From positions 140,917 to 204,916 of the forward strand of contig NMRA01000104.1 in NCBI GenBank assembly GCA_002633005.1: 64,000 nt of DNA. The letters are read 5' to 3'. Position 1 is the stretch's first letter, and every line of letters starts with the position of its first letter. The notes under the pieces are model-generated. The model saw nothing but the letters and a program-made list of their open reading frames with translations. It did no database searches and was not told where the DNA came from. Source of the DNA: Phoronis australis (Eukaryota > Animalia > Phoronida). A program made the position numbers and the translations under genes. Of this stretch, positions 61,621 through 64,000 are shown in pieces.

Positions 61621-61645
61621 CTTGATTTGACTGCCCTTTGGTTCT
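61621..61645 (-). CDS. YTHDF: YTHDF coding exon 2 (25-nt microexon)
   Basis: RTKGQSNQ + G, resembles YTHDF1 RTKGQDNK; CAG acceptor and GTATGT donor. Confidence 0.85.
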
Positions 61646-61786
61646 CTGTGTACCAGAAGACATCACATGAAAAAGAGAACGATATCAGTCATATAAGAAC
61701 TATTGAAATTACTGAAGGAAGATAATCGTTGTCAACAAACTCGGCAACCATTTTATCGAATCGAGATGGGAAATGTTGCTACCAAC

Positions 61787-61807
61787 CTGGTCGACACTTG
61801 CAGACAT
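61787..61807 (-). CDS. YTHDF: YTHDF coding exon 1
   Basis: ATG 61807, MSASVDQ|GTTGGT, resembles the vertebrate YTHDF MSATSVD N-terminus. Confidence 0.85.
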
Positions 61808-61974
61808 CACACAACTTTTATCAATACTGTCGATATAGTTAGTCTCTGAATTGTCTTTAAAGTTTACACAACACTTTCTTGTATTGAAATATCAATAATC
61901 CTGGGCTTATAAAGTCCACAGAAAAAGAAATTCCTGGTTAAAACAGTCAGATATCTTGTGCGTTGTACCCCTAA

Positions 61975-62041
61975 ACAATGGCGGCTATGCATGTGGCCTC
62001 GGTCCCGCGTGGACTCACGTGACTTAAAAATCCTGACGTCA
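61975..62041. promoter_or_regulatory. YTHDF proximal promoter motifs
   Basis: YY1-like AATGGCGGC (about 61977-61985), E-box TCACGTGAC (62015-62023), palindromic CRE TGACGTCA (62034-62041), 170-235 nt upstream of the ATG. Confidence 0.5.
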
Positions 62042-64000
62042 TCTGGAATAATCCATAAATGGCAGTGTCAAAGGTTACGCACCTAGAAGCATCTCGTAAA
62101 TCTTTTTGAGAGATACGCATTTGTCAAGACGCTACAAGATAGCATCAATCGAAATCAAAAGACCCAGTTCCTTTATTACTATCAATTTAAAAATAATACA
62201 ATCTAAATATAATTATCTTTTCGTTTGCTATCTCTTGCGTAGAAAATGAATATGAAACTAAAAGAGGCGACCCAGATCCTCTAAAGGATACTAATATTGT
62301 TTGACGAAATGTACAGTACTGTGTATAAGTAAATAAAACAGTTGGCCCATTAATGTTGTTTTATTTACCTATAAATGTTTTATCTTTTGCCGAACTCAAG
62401 TACACCTTGCCCATGCTTCTGGAACTTGAAAAAGCTGGGCTATCAGGATCATGTCCTAAACCCCGGCCCTACAGAGGGTTGCGAAATCCGAAGAGCTTTG
62501 CGGAGAAATGGCATCAGTAGCTGTAACGTCGTGTCGGAAACATCGGTTAAAAAACAGTTTCGTCTGTTTCCAAGGATGAAAATGAGGCCCAGTGTCCAGA
62601 TGCACTTCGTTACAGTCCAGCAATGGGTTGGGGAAAGTTTTAGTTTATTCAAGGGCTTTGCATGGGAAAGGGAAAAATTTGAAAGGCTTTGATTCCTGTG
62701 CTCTGTTGCATGAAGAGTCCAAAATAGGGACTCAACTAAGATACCTAAATCTATTGAGTATTTGTGGGCTTGTTAAAACACTGATTATCTTTTCTTATGA
62801 TGTTTGAATCTCATTACTAAATCATTTTTTGGCTTTGATACTAATCGGGAGTGAACTCTACGTTGAATTCTCAACATTAACGAAAATAAGTAGGGATCTT
62901 TTCATGCAACACCCCAATTTAAGGACTTAGTCCCTAATCATTATGACTCAATTAAGGGCTCAGTTTTTCGCTGTATTATTCAAAAAATATCATTAATCAA
63001 AGAGGAGCTCATAATAAAAAAACTTCTAGAAAAAATATTACATCTGTGAATGAAGAACGAAGCAAATGCGTAAAAGATGAAGGGAACTTTGGTTGAGTCC
63101 CTATTTAGAACTGTTTCATGCAACAGGACACTGGGTTCCTGAAAAAAATGTCTAATCTGTTTTAAACTAAGAATTGTTGGAGATGGTAGTGGCTGCCCAA
63201 CGGTGACAAGCAAATGATATTGAACTACCAGAATTTCATCATCCTGCGTCGATCCACCAATTTCTTCGAATGTTATTGCACAAATCATCTAATGCATGCA
63301 CTTTATTGAATGGGTAGAATGATACAGATTTTTCGAATTCTGCCTGCATCAAAATCCCTAATTAAGCACAATCAATCTCTTACAAAAAGTACCTTATGTT
63401 AGTCAAAATCGTAAATGAATCAGTCGATTTTCCTTGATACATAAGCAGAATGTGTATCATAACCACTGAAGGTTATGCACAAGGAGAAAGCTTGACATGC
63501 TAGGCCTATCACATGGTAACACAATACAAAAACTAAAGAAACACGCAGACGACACAGACAACTAAAGTGGCAAAGACTTTTCTGTAATTCACAGCATAAA
63601 ACCCGCACGGACATATGCGCGCTCTTGAAACGCAAGTCAGTTGTCCTTCGTGCTGACTCTCCGCAGTGCCCAATTACCAGCCATGATATGTTATCAGCGT
63701 TAAACCTAAAATTCTCGGCGAGAAAAGTAATTTTACAGAACTTAACCCATAGCGTAGAATCGAACGCTCTAACAGTCAAACGCGCACGATTCTGCTGCGC
63801 TTAATCCCACTTTGAAAAGACAGCGACCATGATTAACTAGAATATCTGACAATGAAATCATAAAAACACAACAGACGTTGTTGTTTTACAGCTCTGATCA
63901 ATGCTATAACTTCAAGAACTCCATCCAATACAATAACAACACCCAAAAGGCGCGCGTTTTATTTTTAGACCGTAAAACCGTCCCTTTAAAATACAGTTAA

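Noticed and set aside
62375-63810. Several 100-120 aa ORFs upstream of YTHDF
   Set aside because: No recognisable motif, no consistent splice chain; cannot support a gene call

Overview
Eukaryotic (metazoan, probably marine invertebrate/lophotrochozoan; inferred from gene structures and repeat types) AT-rich genomic window, not prokaryotic. Genes supported by spliced reading frames: the 5' part of TCP1/CCT1 (minus strand, exons 1-6, including a U12-type minor intron), a small two-transmembrane protein with a poly-Arg run and two PPxY motifs (minus), three single-coding-exon orphan ORFs on the plus strand that share repeated LPx[ILV] motifs, a secreted LRR-Ig protein (minus) and a YTHDF m6A reader (minus, at least 4 coding exons). 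Introns and intergenic DNA are full of non-autonomous DNA transposons (hAT-like with 6-bp TSDs, Kolobok-like TTAA, Harbinger-like CWG, Tc1/pogo-like TA, Helentron-associated) and decayed LINE/SINE fragments. Two near-identical tandem duplications each joined by a single N (8908, 18644) are most likely uncollapsed haplotypes. No rRNA, intact tRNA or CRISPR array was seen. Exon coordinates were counted by hand from the sequence; repeat boundaries are approximate.
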